Position numbers and translations under genes: made by a program. A stretch of DNA of 64,000 nucleotides from Tubulanus polymorphus. Its lineage: Eukaryota > Animalia > Nemertea. Location of the stretch: positions 13,343,062 to 13,407,061 of the forward strand of contig NC_134034.1 in the NCBI RefSeq assembly GCF_964204645.1, given 5' to 3'. Within the stretch, counting starts at the first letter, position 1. Each line of letters opens with the position of its first letter. The notes beneath the pieces are model-generated. The model made no database searches. It saw only the letters and a list, made by a program, of their open reading frames with translations, and had not been told where the DNA came from. Shown here piece by piece: positions 13,000-26,600 of this stretch.

Positions 13000-14118
13000 T
13001 TAGAAGCTGGTGTGATCTATATGATATGAAACCGCGATTGTTGAAACTGCGACGATGTCCCGGTCACACCTGAACCCGTCCGTAGCCGGGCATTGACCAG
13101 CTAGGTAAGTCGAAGTGGCGGCAGGTGACAGACTTCCGCGGTTGTGGCAGCACCGGCAGCGGCTGGCCAGATACCTTTTCAGTTCCAGCCGAAACCGCGC
13201 CCCGGTGATGCAGTATAGAAAGAAGTTAATGGCGTTGTTTGAATAAGTCAGCAACTCGAAGACTGAGTACAGCAAAGTCACGTGACCTTTGTAACGCACG
13301 TCGGCCGAGTACTTCCAACCGGAAGCGACGATATTGAGCACAACAATCGGTGACGTCAGCACTAGGAACACGATGCTGGTGGCGACGAGCATTACGCCCA
13401 CGGAGCGATTCACAGACGTTTTGACGTTGTTGATTACGTGAATAGATTTCGCATGTGCGGCATAAAGGGATTTCTGTCTATAATTCTCCGACCGGACCAG
13501 TTTAAACGCTATAAGAACGTTGCAAATAGATAGTAACGCGACAGGAACGCCCGAACAGGCGGCCATGTCGATCACATTGAAATATACCCAGAACTGTGTC
13601 CACGATGCTTTCGGTCGACAACCAGTGGCCGTTAACGTCAACGAAATCGGCACTACACTGTTCAGCCCAATCGACGCTAAAACGATGAAAAATACCAATA
13701 ACTTCCCGTTCCTTAACGTGCAAATCGATTTGGCTTTCAACGGTCGCCAAATGGATACGACCCGTTCTGTAGCGACGGTCGTTAAAATCCAAGCAGACGC
13801 GGGTACCGACGCGTAGGTGAGAAAATTAGCCGTTTTACACGTGACGTCACTGATCTCGTGAATATCCGTATCTAGCGAATAGCAGACGAACCGCGGAAGC
13901 ACTGACGCGTACAACACGAACAAATCGGCGAACGCCAACATTCTCAACTGATAACAAGACGTCGAAAGTCGCATGGACTTTTGTCGAAATACGACAATCG
14001 ATAAGATATTTCCGACGCTGCCCAGGCATATGATTATCGGTAGTCCTATTTTACGGATCGCGTAGGCCGTTCTGAAATCCGTGGTCAATGTCGCGTTAAC
14101 ACCGTCAACTATTTTCAT
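13000..14118 (-). CDS. Intronless rhodopsin-class GPCR (FMRFamide/sex-peptide/TRH-receptor-like orphan)
   Basis: 372-aa ORF with GSVGNILS, LAFADL, SAWIL..VATERVVSIWRP, FLVLTSP and YSNNAINFFLYCITGARFR. Confidence 0.9.
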   Translation of the reverse strand: MKIVDGVNATLTTDFRTAYAIRKIGLPIIICLGSVGNILSIVVFRQKSMRLSTSCYQLRMLAFADLFVLYASVLPRFVCYSLDTDIHEISDVTCKTANFLTYASVPASAWILTTVATERVVSIWRPLKAKSICTLRNGKLLVFFIVLASIGLNSVVPISLTLTATGCRPKASWTQFWVYFNVIDMAACSGVPVALLSICNVLIAFKLVRSENYRQKSLYAAHAKSIHVINNVKTSVNRSVGVMLVATSIVFLVLTSPIVVLNIVASGWKYSADVRYKGHVTLLYSVFELLTYSNNAINFFLYCITGARFRLELKRYLASRCRCCHNRGSLSPAATSTYLAGQCPATDGFRCDRDIVAVSTIAVSYHIDHTSF

Positions 14119-14384
14119 TTCGAAATCAACAACAGCAACAAAACAGAAAAATCGGATGAAAATTGCAGATGAAAATTCCGCTGGTCAACGTCAAACTGAT
14201 TTGAGATGTAAATGCGGCGATTACATAGAGGTTTTTTTGTTCCAACTCTGTGCCGATCAACCAGTCTCTCGTTTAGGTTATAGTGAATAGATTAAATAAG
14301 CGCCGCGCTCGAGGAAAAAAATCGCTTGCGATCAAACGGATATCGAGGATAGCTCCATATTTCATAATTTCTGTGGTAACTTAA

Positions 14385-14486
14385 GTTTTTCCTGAAGATG
14401 CGACTGTTAGTATTAGGTCGAAACGTCGAATAAAACTACCAACTCGAGGAAACATTTCAGACTCTCATCTCTGTATTGTCGGATTT
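14385..14486 (+). mobile_element. Solo Penelope-like terminus with a hammerhead motif
   Basis: ttttc-CTGAAGA-tgcgact...aggtc-GAAA-c-GTC-gaataaaa, followed by sequence resembling 8341-8395. Confidence 0.55.
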
Positions 14487-14901
14487 TAGGCTTAGAAATT
14501 GATACCTTGTTTCTCATTTCTGCTCCCGGTCACCTATCTACCCTGTACCTAGTCCCGGTAAGCGGCTGTATCCACAGTGATCACGATCCTGGTGGTGTAC
14601 ATCAGGCATTAAAGTTCTTGGTGAACCCTGTACATTACTTGTTTTAAATCATGATCAAGCTAACAATAACAGACCAGGCAGTTATAGAAATGAACTGATT
14701 ACAAATTTTATTGCATTATTTAACAAATGACCCGGCCGACCTCCTCGTTACCCTGTACATCACTTTTGAAAAATCATGATCAAGCTAACAATAACAGACC
14801 CGGCAGCTATACGTTGAAGAGAACTGATTGCAAATTTTATTGCAGTTTACAAAATTGCCCGGCCGATAAGTAGAAACAAGGTATCATTCTATTTTAGCCT
14901 T
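14487..14901. mobile_element. MITE family A (TIR AGGCT..TGATACCTTGTTTCTC), copy with an internal duplication
   Basis: Other copies at about 7422-7633, 23528-23747, 33909-34109 and 45672-45869, with fragments at 57900 and 59332. Confidence 0.7.
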
Positions 14902-17403
14902 ACCGTTTTAAACCGCTTGTCCTTCGCGCAAGTTTTCTGAATATAGTAAACTGTCCCCCAAGGCGGTAATGATCGCTTTCCCCGTCAGTTGCAGTTCTCA
15001 ACGATTTCCGCCGATATCAATTTCTGTTCGGAAGCTTCGTTCGAATATCAATCATATACATATTAAATAATTAAACTCCGTTTGAACTCCGTATACCAAC
15101 GTTTCTAAATTATTCATTACCAAATTGCTTCTAAACGCTCGAATATTTTCCGCAATATCTGTATATCGACGCTGAAATATACCGAGTAATTTTCCGCTTC
15201 GTCTGATCACTAGTAACTACGGTGAATATGAATTCAAGTTGACATTATCATCAAATTTCTTCAAACGTTTCTTGGACGTAAGAATTTCTTTGCGCAACTA
15301 TATAACGTGTACGTCATACGTCTATAAGATTTGTTTCTAACTTAGAAATCGATTTCTAATGAATATCTCAATCTAACGACATGTTTACCGAATGCATACG
15401 AAATCCTCGACGCGCCAGATTCCGGCAAATATCTCCAAAAACTGCTTCGATGATTATTGCAACGAAGCAAACTATCCCCCCGAAGTTACTATTACGAATT
15501 TCGATTTAGAATGGATAGATGAATAAACGTTACCACCAGGTTCCACTGAGCGTCAACGAAATCACGGAATCCAGTCCAGATTTACAAAGACGATCCACAT
15601 AATTATTAAACCGCGACTCCCCTGCGCAGATTAAACCAAAAAAAAATCCCACAGCGCCGCGAGTAACTTTCTGCGCAACATTTCAAAACGGGAATTCCCG
15701 GGGCGAGGAACGCTCTAACTATCACGACCTGACGCGTCCTTTTCGCAAATGACTCAACAAAAAATAATGAACAGTTTGTGTTATCTAGTACCGTTTATTT
15801 GGATTTGACCAACAGTTTAACAAATATATTTACATAAATAAATAAATAAATAAATAATCATAATACGGGGTGTAAACAAATAAACAAACAAATTACATCA
15901 ATATTTTGGATTATAGCTTCACGTTCGAATTGAAGGCGGAGATTTAATTAAACATGCAGTAAAAAGTGGTTTTTATAAAAGATATGACAATTATTCGGGT
16001 TCACACACATTCAATTCTTGCGCGCTCAGATTACGAACGTCTGGCAATATATTATACAGATTTTCTTACTCGGATTTATTGTGATAACTACTCCAACTGC
16101 ACCGGAATTTATTGGTACCCCGAGACAAGCGCAGTGTCTAATTAATGTACAGGGATTTAGTTAAGACTCTTACTGCGGTAAAGTTGAGACTGGTAAAATT
16201 CTACCCCGAGTTGGTGTCAAATACTGAGTAAGAGTTTGTGAAATACAGTAGACTCTGTCTCTTACTGCGGTAAAGTTGAGATTCTACCCAGATAGTTTGT
16301 GAAATACAGTAGGTTGTCAGACGGTTTTACTGGGCTCACTGTTTACCGAGTTGGGAGCAGTCTAAACCGTTTACGGTACCGGACCCGATTGGAGCAGTGA
16401 GACAGGTAAACAATGGAATTGGGGGCACGTCTTGTATGTCTAAGTGAGAGATAGATACAAACAATGTTAAATACGGTTGAAAAAAATCACCCGATATTCC
16501 GAAACTGCAGATAAATAGGGTCGATTACTGTAAGGCGTCGCAAACAAACAAATGATGGCACAAGCGAGAGGTGAAAAATACAGCAGGAAATTTAAACATT
16601 CCAGGCAAAAACATGTAACAATCTGTACAAAATATTTAGAAAAAGAAAACTGCATAGAACTGGCATCGTCATCAACACGGGCCGGTGGGGCCTATAATAT
16701 TGCATGTTTTATAGGACTTTCTTGTTCCCTACAATGATAAAACATGGAAGAAGCCTAATAAGAACTGTCAACCAAGAAACTATACTCCAGCACAGACGTG
16801 ACTTAAAAGTGGTCTTAAAACCATAAGTTGTTCCAAAGAAAGAACCGAAATAAGCTTAGACTGGTCTTAAGTTGTTAGATTGGTTATCATAGAACCAGAA
16901 TCAGCTTAGACTGGTTTTACGTTGCTAAATTGGCTCAAGAACCAAAATGAGCTTAAATTGGTTGTAAAACTATGAATATTGAGAGTACAGTTCCGACTGA
17001 TGAAATAGTTTATACTCTATCATCAAGCATATTCACCTACAGCATGTATATAAGAATTAATTTCATTTCTGCTGAAATGTTGCCTACAGGGAAATCTTTA
17101 AAATCTACCCGTTCATTTCGTCCGACTAGATTCTCACTACGTAAACATAAAAAATTTAAACAAATTATCAATACTTTTCGATATCCCTCTTGATCCTATA
17201 AGGAACAGGTTTCGTCCCGGAGCTAAGCAACGAACGATACACCCCGAAACGGCTGATTACGAAATCGGATAGGTGGTTAGCACCGACCCCCTACCCACTG
17301 CGGTCCCTTAATCTCAACGGAGATACTCTCTCATGATATATTAATCAAATTAACATTCAACATAATGATATAAAATAAAAACAATAACAAAATCAATAGC
17401 GTA

Positions 17404-17622
17404 ATAAGATTAAAACCCGCTACAGCAAATGTTGTTTATGACGCCGCAGTTTTTACCAATGAAGATGAAGATGGCGTTATAAAGAACCATAAGAGCGTTA
17501 TAAAATCATTTTTCTGACTTCCTAACGTATTTTCGCGCACTTTGCTTTACCTCGGACCGATTACGCCGGACCCAGTTCGTCCGAGTTTGACAAGGTTTAC
17601 TACTTAGCGGGTTTTAATCTTT
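17404..17622. mobile_element. Small MITE
   Basis: Inverted termini aagattaaaacccgcta...tagcgggttttaatctt. Confidence 0.5.
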
Positions 17623-18834
17623 ATCTTTTCTACTAAAATCAATAATTTACTACAGGCCTATTTAACGGCGATATGTCGGCAGACGGACATTTTACAAATG
17701 ATGAGATTCGACTTTTACAAAATTCATCTCGAATTTCGAATTATTCATCAAATATTACGAAACTAAAACAAGAGACAGAAAACGAGATTCGTACAATTAG
17801 ACAAATACATAGAGCTCTAACGAAGCAAGCACCGCGAGTGTTAATCATCATACAACATAATATATACACGACAATATCTCAATTCAATTTTTGCATAATA
17901 TCTATGAAAAGTGGTTTTGCTAAAAGCATCAGGACCGAGTTGCGTAATAAAGAGTTAACTGGGCTAAAATATAATGTAGACAACTCTGCTTGAGCAGCAG
18001 TTGAGAGTCAGCACCGAGTTGAGAGTCAGGAGAGTCAGATATTTCACCTAATAATTTGATAATCACAGACTGAGTGTAGATATTTCATCTTTCAAGTTGA
18101 GAATCTGGGAACTCGGTAGCGTTAGACTCAAATATTTATTACTGATGAAATTGACCGAGTGGTTTACCGAATCGACCATTGTAACGTATTTTTGATATCT
18201 AAGTCCCCCACCGTAGCAAGTCGGTCCTGTATATAACATATGTGAAATAAGACCCAGACCCTATTGATCATCTATGATCTCTCTCGACACAATTCTAATT
18301 CTATTCATGATATTACCAGCATTTTTGTCCGTTTTTTTCTTTTTTGGTGAATTATATAAGTGATGCTGTACATAAGGCATAAACGTTTCGGTCCCATGCA
18401 TTCACTATACATAGCTACATAGTAAAAATATGTACGAGTTAGGCGGTTCTAGAGGTCACAACTTCCTGAAACGTCGTCGTCATACAAGTATCAAACTGCT
18501 GCTCGGATGTTACTCTTCAGACATACGATACTTTATAACCATTCTTCAAATTTGTAATCGTCCACACTTCACTTGTGATTACGACTATATGTGGGACATT
18601 CAACATCGAAAATCAACTACAAACACCGGACATTAGACATTTTATAAGCACACTTTCAAAAACTGATCGTCCACACCTCAAGACTGAAAGGGTGAATCTG
18701 ATCTGAAAGGAATTGTTTCAGGCAGCAGATTATTGATACCTGTATCAAATGGCAAGTGAATTAAGTAGATAATACGGTGTATCTGAGAACTATTGATAGG
18801 GAGCTAATCTCACAGATTTTAGATCAATTAACAA

Positions 18835-18948
18835 CAGGATCCAGTTCCACAGTTGTGAGTTAGAGTTAACTCTGAGTTCAGATTAGTTCATTTTCAAAGA
18901 GTTAACTCAGAGTCAAATCTTAACACAGAACTGTGGAACTGGGTCCTG
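18835..18948. mobile_element. MITE family B (about 110 bp, TIR CAGGAYCCAGTTCCACAGTT)
   Basis: Further copies at about 21158-21271 and 21684-21791; more distant relatives at about 46977-47111 and 61720-61831. Confidence 0.7.
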
Positions 18949-19243
18949 AACATGACCGTAACATTGTTATTACATAGTTCGACATTATTTCTAAGAAAAT
19001 CAATAATCATCTCATTACAAGACACAAGCGCTTACCGACAAATATCATGCTTTAATCGTCAATAAGAACTATTATGATAGCTCGTTCGACGTGCAGCCGG
19101 TTTCCGTACAAAAATTATGCTAGTTACAAAGATTTACGCGCGTTTTGATTTTACACATTTATGAGATTTGATTATTGTTAACTACAGCCGTATTGAAGTG
19201 CGTATCATGAAACATAAGTGGACCTAGTATTCTAATATGCGTA

Positions 19244-19278
<35 letters not shown>

Positions 19279-19314
19279 GTGGACATTTTTGTTAAATTTT
19301 CTTCAAGACACGTT

Positions 19315-19570
19315 TGAATTTGTCTAGCAGATGTATTGGTAAATTTGTCTAGCAGATGTATTGTTAAATCGTGTCTAGCAGATGTATTGGTAAATTTGTC
19401 TAGCAGATATGTATTGGTAAATTTGTCTGGCAGATAAATTTGTCTAGCAGATATGTATTGTTAAATTTGTCTAGCAGATGTATTGGTTAATCTGTCTAGC
19501 AGATGTATTGATTAATTTGTCTAGCAGATGTATTGGTTAATTTGTTTAGCAGATGTATTGATAAATTTGG
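19315..19570. repeat. Minisatellite, about 25-bp unit (aaatttgtctagcagatgtattggt)
   Basis: About 10 tandem degenerate copies; a (TA)n tract lies just upstream at about 19246-19273. Confidence 0.85.
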
Positions 19571-20096
19571 TGTTAGCAAATGAGTTGTAAAATTAGTTGT
19601 ATATAGCACATAATGGTAAATTTGTTGTATACTAACAGTTGTCAACGACACAAAACATGCTACGATCAATCAGTTTCGGAAACATGTTGTTTAACTGGTT
19701 GTTATGGTACGATGGGCACAAGCTAAATAATGTTAAATCTATATTCACGAAGCAGATGAAGTTTATCGAATTATTTCATCGCACAAACAGTCGGCGTTTA
19801 AAATCAGCTCAGCAGACGTATCGTCGAATTTATAAGCAGACGACCGATGTTGTAGAAGTTGAAGAACGACTCCTGGATGACGTAAAACGTAAAATTTCCG
19901 TTGATATCACGCGTTGTGTGTACATGCAAGCACCAATACGATCAGTATGTTTCTATATTCAACGCTCGTTCGTAGGTTTCGTCATGAAATTCAGCAGAAA
20001 TTCCGGAGAGGCAAATTCGAGGTGATATGAAATACTGCTGCTGTAGGTTATCAGTCGTTTGGCGACCGTAGCGCGCGGCGTCTCAGCTCAATTCTG

Positions 20097-20580
20097 TCAC
20101 ACGCCCGTTTGAAATCCACTGAAAAACAAACAAACCGAAGTATTATTCATCAATGCTCCCTCACTCACCTCACCCACCTCACTCACCCACCTCACTCATT
20201 TCATGGTCACCGTGCCTTTGTTTCAGCAGCTCCAATATCATAGAACGATTTACCTTTCAGTATTAGATCCTGTACTCAAGATCTAATTACATTTAAAACC
20301 GAGTTAAAAGATAATTCTCTTCAGCAGGCGATATTTCAATTGACTTTTTAACTCGTAAATTTGAAAGCATTGTCTTGTTACCTTGACTGGTGGTGGAGGA
20401 TTTAGTTTTTTGTTTTTTTGTTTTCATTTCTAGGGCATTCCCCCTTTCTTTGTTACAGCCTTTAGGCTTGGGATGTCCTTTCAATTATGTAGTACAAGTG
20501 TACATTAAAGCATTATAAAAATCCTTTACATATATTGATCAATAAATATATTATCATAAACCGTGTATATTTGTAAATGA

Positions 20581-20614
<34 letters not shown>

Positions 20615-23600
20615 ACTCGCGAATACGAACCTAATTTCGAGTTTATTTTCCGATGCGATCGACAAAACGTACGATTTCTCCATCGTCGGTTCGTTAAGGA
20701 AGCAGACGACCGCGTAACGACCGGCCGGCAACACGAAACAATCGCTCGCCTCGTACGCAACAATGAACACCATCGGTTTACCGCGCGTCGTCGCGGCGAT
20801 ACGGTCCTGCATCCGATGTATCTGCGACGTCGTTAAAGGCACTGCGTCTTCGTCGGATAGCTGAACGAAATAAAAATACGCGGTGAACAAAAAATGGTCG
20901 GAATATTTTTTTTGGAGGTAAAAATTGATCATACGCGGAAATTATCCGATCCCGTACCTTATAAACTTTAAATCCAACCGGATGTTTTTCTCCGACGTTT
21001 TGCTGCATTAATGAAATGGATAAAGCTGTCGGCTCCGACGCTGAAAATATCAACAAAAATATCAATCATGAAAAGTATACCCTGCAAGGCTTGGTATTAC
21101 CTAATGAATAAATTTAGCCCCCGGGTTAAAGGTAATACCAGTCTATAAAACTGGGCCCAGGACCCAGTTCCACAGTTGTGAGTTAGAGTTAACTCTGAGT
21201 GAAAGTTAGTTCATTTTCAATGTTCTCACCCAGAGTCAAATCTTAACTTAGAACTGCGGAACTGGACCCTGGTCTTTATCTCAGATGACGACGAATTGAG
21301 TTAGCCCCCGGGTTAAAGTTGATACCAGTCTATAAAACCAAGGCCTGTAGTAAAGTATAATACATCTTTAACGATTCATTTTCCCTATTTCTACAATCTT
21401 TTACCGCAGGATCTAACTTTCAATGAACAAGGAAAGCCCATTTTTTAAAGTAAACCTGATGTGCATAAGAGAAAATGTTTTTCCCTATCGTTGACCCTGG
21501 TTTCAACTTACCCCAGGCTTCGGGCACGGTTACTAAGTATTGAGGATTGGTACCGTGACTGCGAAAAGACGTCTGCCCGCCGGAGTTGACGCCCGGTTTC
21601 CAACGTCCGAAAAAATGCTGCGTATTTTCTGCAATTAATGAAACGAAGAAGACCATAAATTAGACTCCGCCGCAGTAACGCTCAGGACCCAGTTCCACAG
21701 TTCCGAGGTAAGATTTGACTCTTGAGTTAACACATTGAAAATGAATTAACTTAAACTCAGAGTTAACTCACAACTGTGGAACTGGGTCCAGGGTTTTAAT
21801 ACAGATAATCAAAAATTCCCTGATCTAAGATATCCTCGTAGGTTCCTCGTACCACTCATCAAGAATAACAAGACACCGGAAATTCGAAATTTCCTGACTT
21901 TCCCTGATTACCGAGAAGAGAGTCAGAATTCACAGATTTTCCCAAAATCTGGAACTCCCTGTGATTTCCCTCATCAGTTTGTGATTAGGAATGCAACAAC
22001 TTACCGAGTTTTATAAGTTTCAACTCTTTTTTGAACGAAGTCAAACTCTTATTGACAAACATCTGTACATTGTCAAACGGCAGAGGACTGAAATTAGAGA
22101 CATATACACGAATATAGACAATGATGATTTTTCGAAATCAGAGTTGTTGTCTTTTTAACGAGTACTGAACAGTCCAGTCTGGTTATTGGACCCGTAGTGG
22201 TTATTGGCGGGTTGAGGGTAACAAGAACCATTTAACCCGCTTAAATAATGAGTGCACTCAACAGGTAAAGGGATGAACAAAAATTCTTCAGAAGATTTTA
22301 CGGGTACTCACAGGACCGGTATGATGGATGATTTAACGGGTACTCACAGGACCGGTATGATGGATGATTTTACGGGTACTCACAGGACCGGTATGATGGA
22401 TGATTTTACGGGTACTCACAGGACCGGTATGAAGGATGATTTTACGGGTACTCACAGGACTGGTATGATGGATGATTTTACGGATACTCACAGGACCGGT
22501 ATGATGAATGATTTAACGGGTACTCACAGGACCGGTATGATGGATGATTTTACGGGTACTCACAGGACCGGTATGACGGATGATTTTACGGGTACTCACA
22601 GGACTGGTATGATGGATGATTTTACGGATACTCACAGGACCGGTATGATGAATGATTTAACGGGTACTCACAGGACTGGTATGATGGATGATTTAACGGG
22701 TACTCACAGGACTGGTATGATGGATGATTTAACGGGTACTCACAGGACCGGTATGATGGATGATTTAACGGGTACTCACAGGACCGGTATGATGGATGAT
22801 TTTACGGGTACTCACAGGACCGGTATGAAGGATGATTTTACGGGTACTCACAGGACTGGTATGATGGATGATTTTACGGATACTCACAGGACCGGTATGA
22901 TGAATGATTTAACGGGTACTCACAGGACCGGTATGATGGATGATTTTACGGGTACTCACAGGACCGGTATGACGGATGATTTTACGGGTACTCACAGGAC
23001 TGGTATGATGGATGATTTTACGGATACTCACAGGACCGGTATGATGAATGATTTAACGGGTACTCACAGGACCGGTATGATGGATGATTTAACGGGTACT
23101 CACAGGACCGGTATGATGGAAGATGAGAATATACGAATGAGGAACTGTTTTTCTTGTTTCTCTTCCATCGTGGTCGGCATCACTAAATACGACCCGGGAT
23201 CCAACAAATACCTGAATTCAACACAAAAAAAATATCAGTTTACCTTTTCTATACTTTACAAAGAAATAGATTTTAGACCAGGTTAAAAAATTGTTTCGTT
23301 TTCTAATAACGACTCGAGAGTTTCAAATTTTGACCCAAGTCCATAACTTGAACTTGGTAGACCCTAACGTCCCGGAAAAAAAACATTTTGCAAGAAAAGA
23401 TTATCAATTTCAAACTTTAAAAAGAAAAACAGACTTTTATAAATCAACTCTAAAATGTTCAAATTCATTTCCCGGATTAAGGGCTATGTTAGAAATTATT
23501 CATTTACGGTATTTCATACGTACCCATAAGGCTAAAAATAATTGATACCTTGTTTCTCCGCTCTGCTGAGCTTAAATGTTGACCCGGCCGCCTCTCTACC

Positions 23601-26600
23601 CTATACATTACTTTTTTTTAAATCGTGATCAATTTTACCATAACAGACCCGGCCGCTATAGAAATGAACTGTTTACAAATTTTATCATATTTTACAAAAA
23701 TGACCCGGCCGCTGCGGAGAAACAAGGTATCATATTTATTTAGCCTAAAATTGGAATTTTTAATCACCTATAATACTATAGGCATTATAGTACGCTATCA
23801 CACTGAACCCCGCACTCTCTGTTCGACCCTTTATGCTAGTTTTTCAATTTCATTTTCACTATAAACGCAGAGATGACCGATTTACGAACCTGTAAGTTTT
23901 TTCGTAGCCTCCGTAGTAGTTTTTATAGTTAGTTAAATCTCGCAGACAGATGCTGTTTCCCGACTGAGATTCGACGCCGAACAGATCGGCGCGTATGTAG
24001 AACAAGTTGTCGTCACGGCGATGCTCTCTGTGTTGGAAGAACTGAACGACGATCGGCACTTTGCCGTTTATTTTCACGTCTGCAAAAACGAAAATATCTT
24101 TAAAAATCGCCTGTCCAGTCTTCATGGCTTGCTGGTTAGGTTGTTTCAATTTTCCAAAATGGAGACTGCATGAAAATCAATACATCCAATCATACTACTG
24201 CGACATCAAAATCTTAGTGGTGACCGGTTGGTGAACGTGATTTTCAAGAAAAATTGCAGGAAAAAGTTGCCTGAGGGCAAGTAATTGATAGTCTGAGAAC
24301 TATGCAAAGTGAAGCGTAAATTCAATTTCCAAAATATTTCCCAGATAACAGATAATTCGAAATCGGAAAACTTTATTTTGAAATTCCTGACTATTTCTGC
24401 TGTATTGTGGGAATGATGATTAACTCACCCGTGTTTGGGATAGAAACGAGGAATTTCGGATTATTCATTCGGTTGGCCTTACATCCGCCTGCTGTTTTAC
24501 CTTTCCACTGGCCGAAAATATTACTGGAATATTCTATAAACAGAAAGAAACAACTTATCAAAATATATCCTAATGTGCTCACGGTATGTTAGTTAGTATC
24601 CTACTGTGCACACTACTGTGCATTACAGGCTTGTACTATATGACAGTCAATGAGGGCCAGGTAGATGAGGGCCGGGTAGATGAGGACCAGGAGATTGAGG
24701 ACCGGGTGGATGAGGGACGGGTGGATGAGGACCGGGTGGATGAAGGCCGCTGGGTGGATTGAATACTCACTGAGGCCGTCGTCGATTCCGTCCTGATCTA
24801 AATCCGGCAACAAGTTGCATATGTGTATTTTATTGAAGTGAGTAAAGAAGTCTTTAACGCTCATCCAGAATTCTCCGTCTGCTAATTTAACGACCTGCAG
24901 ACGATCTCGAATCCATTGCGGAACCGATAACCATTCGTCCGTCCTGAAACAGTTATTCATCTATACGAATAAATACCGCTCTAGAATATGGGGAATCCTA
25001 CAATCGTCATTCTCGGTGACATCATCAAATTGTTCTTTACAGAAAAGATGCCTTCCCTTATAAACTCACCCTATGACATCATCAAATTTTTGTATACACC
25101 GCCATAGATAAGATGGCAATCTCAATTACCCCCTATGACATCATCAAATATATCTATATACGGCTACAGATAAGATGGCAGCCTCAATAACTACCCTATG
25201 ACATAATCAAATTAATCTATAGAACCTGAGTAGATAATTCATAAAATCCCCCTAATCAAATACAAATGGCGATTCAATCAATTAACAAATAGGAAGGACA
25301 GCAAACACTTTCTTCTAAATATGATCCCTGAAAATGAAAAACCTCAACAATAACTTACCCATCACCCCACGGCCCGGTCCATTCTCCTTTGTCTTTACCC
25401 CACGGGTTTCTGATTCTGAACAGCGGTAGTTTTTTGCCTTTATACGGAACTTTAGCGGCTGCTGTCAGCGAGTACGCGTGTTTACCAACGAGACCACTAG
25501 TACCCCAGTGTTCCTCCTACACAGAAAGCAGACATTGAACACATTTTGAACAAATTTCGAGAAGTTAAAGTAATAGAAAATGAACTGATTTTGACTGTAG
25601 AGTTTAAGTAAAATTGAGAATGAACTGATTTTGAAGTTAAAGTAATTGAAAATGAACTAATTTTGACTTCAGAATTTCAGAAAATGAAAAATGAACTGAT
25701 TTTGAATGTTGAGTTGAAGTAAAATTGAGAATGAACTAATCTGAGATGAAGAATTAATCCTGTGGATCAGAGTTAATCCTGTGGATCAGAGTTAATCCTG
25801 TGGATCAGAGATAATTCTGTGGATGAGAGTCCAGTACGATTTATGATAGTGTAATACTGACCGGTACAGTACAAGCGATCACCGACCCAGAGCTCAGAGC
25901 GTTCTGAACGCGATTAAACAACGCGTGGCGTTTAGGAATCTCGGTAAGTTCGAGCGATTCAGCGATTCCACCGGTTAGATTTATATAACCGAGACTCGCG
26001 TCGCCCCCGCTAGCTTTCTTATACGAGCCGTGGAACCTGAAAAACAAACATCATCTTATCAGACATCACTTCACAATGACATCATCTTATCAGACATCAC
26101 TACACAATGACATCATCTTATCAGACATCACTACACAATGACATCATATATCAGACATCACTACACAATGACATCATCTTATCAGACATCACTACACAAT
26201 GACATCATAATATCAGACATCACTACACAATGACATCATATATCAGACATCACTTCACAATGACATCATATATCAAATTACCAAATGTCTATTTCAACTT
26301 GACATGAATTCAGGTGGCCTAGCTCAGTCAGTTTTCATGGTGTATACCTGACAAAAGTCTTATTAGGACCAGAATGCACTGGCAGTTGACCTAAAACATT
26401 GATTTTTAATCCATCTTAAACTGCGTGGAAGGATATCCAAAAATTCTTCATTGAAAGGGGTTCCTGAGACTTCCCGTCATGTGACGCTGAAACTTTCTAA
26501 TCATGGAGTCTCTTTTCTCCTTACAACTCTTAATTCAATGAAAACTTTTTAGCAGTCCTTCAGCACAGAGTGATGTGGATTAAAAATCAACGTTCTAGGT

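Noticed and set aside
22252-23286. 344-aa + strand ORF with TGTHRTGMMDDF repeats
   Set aside because: By-product of a stop-free 36-bp minisatellite lying antisense within the calpain gene; GTG start and no other coding support.
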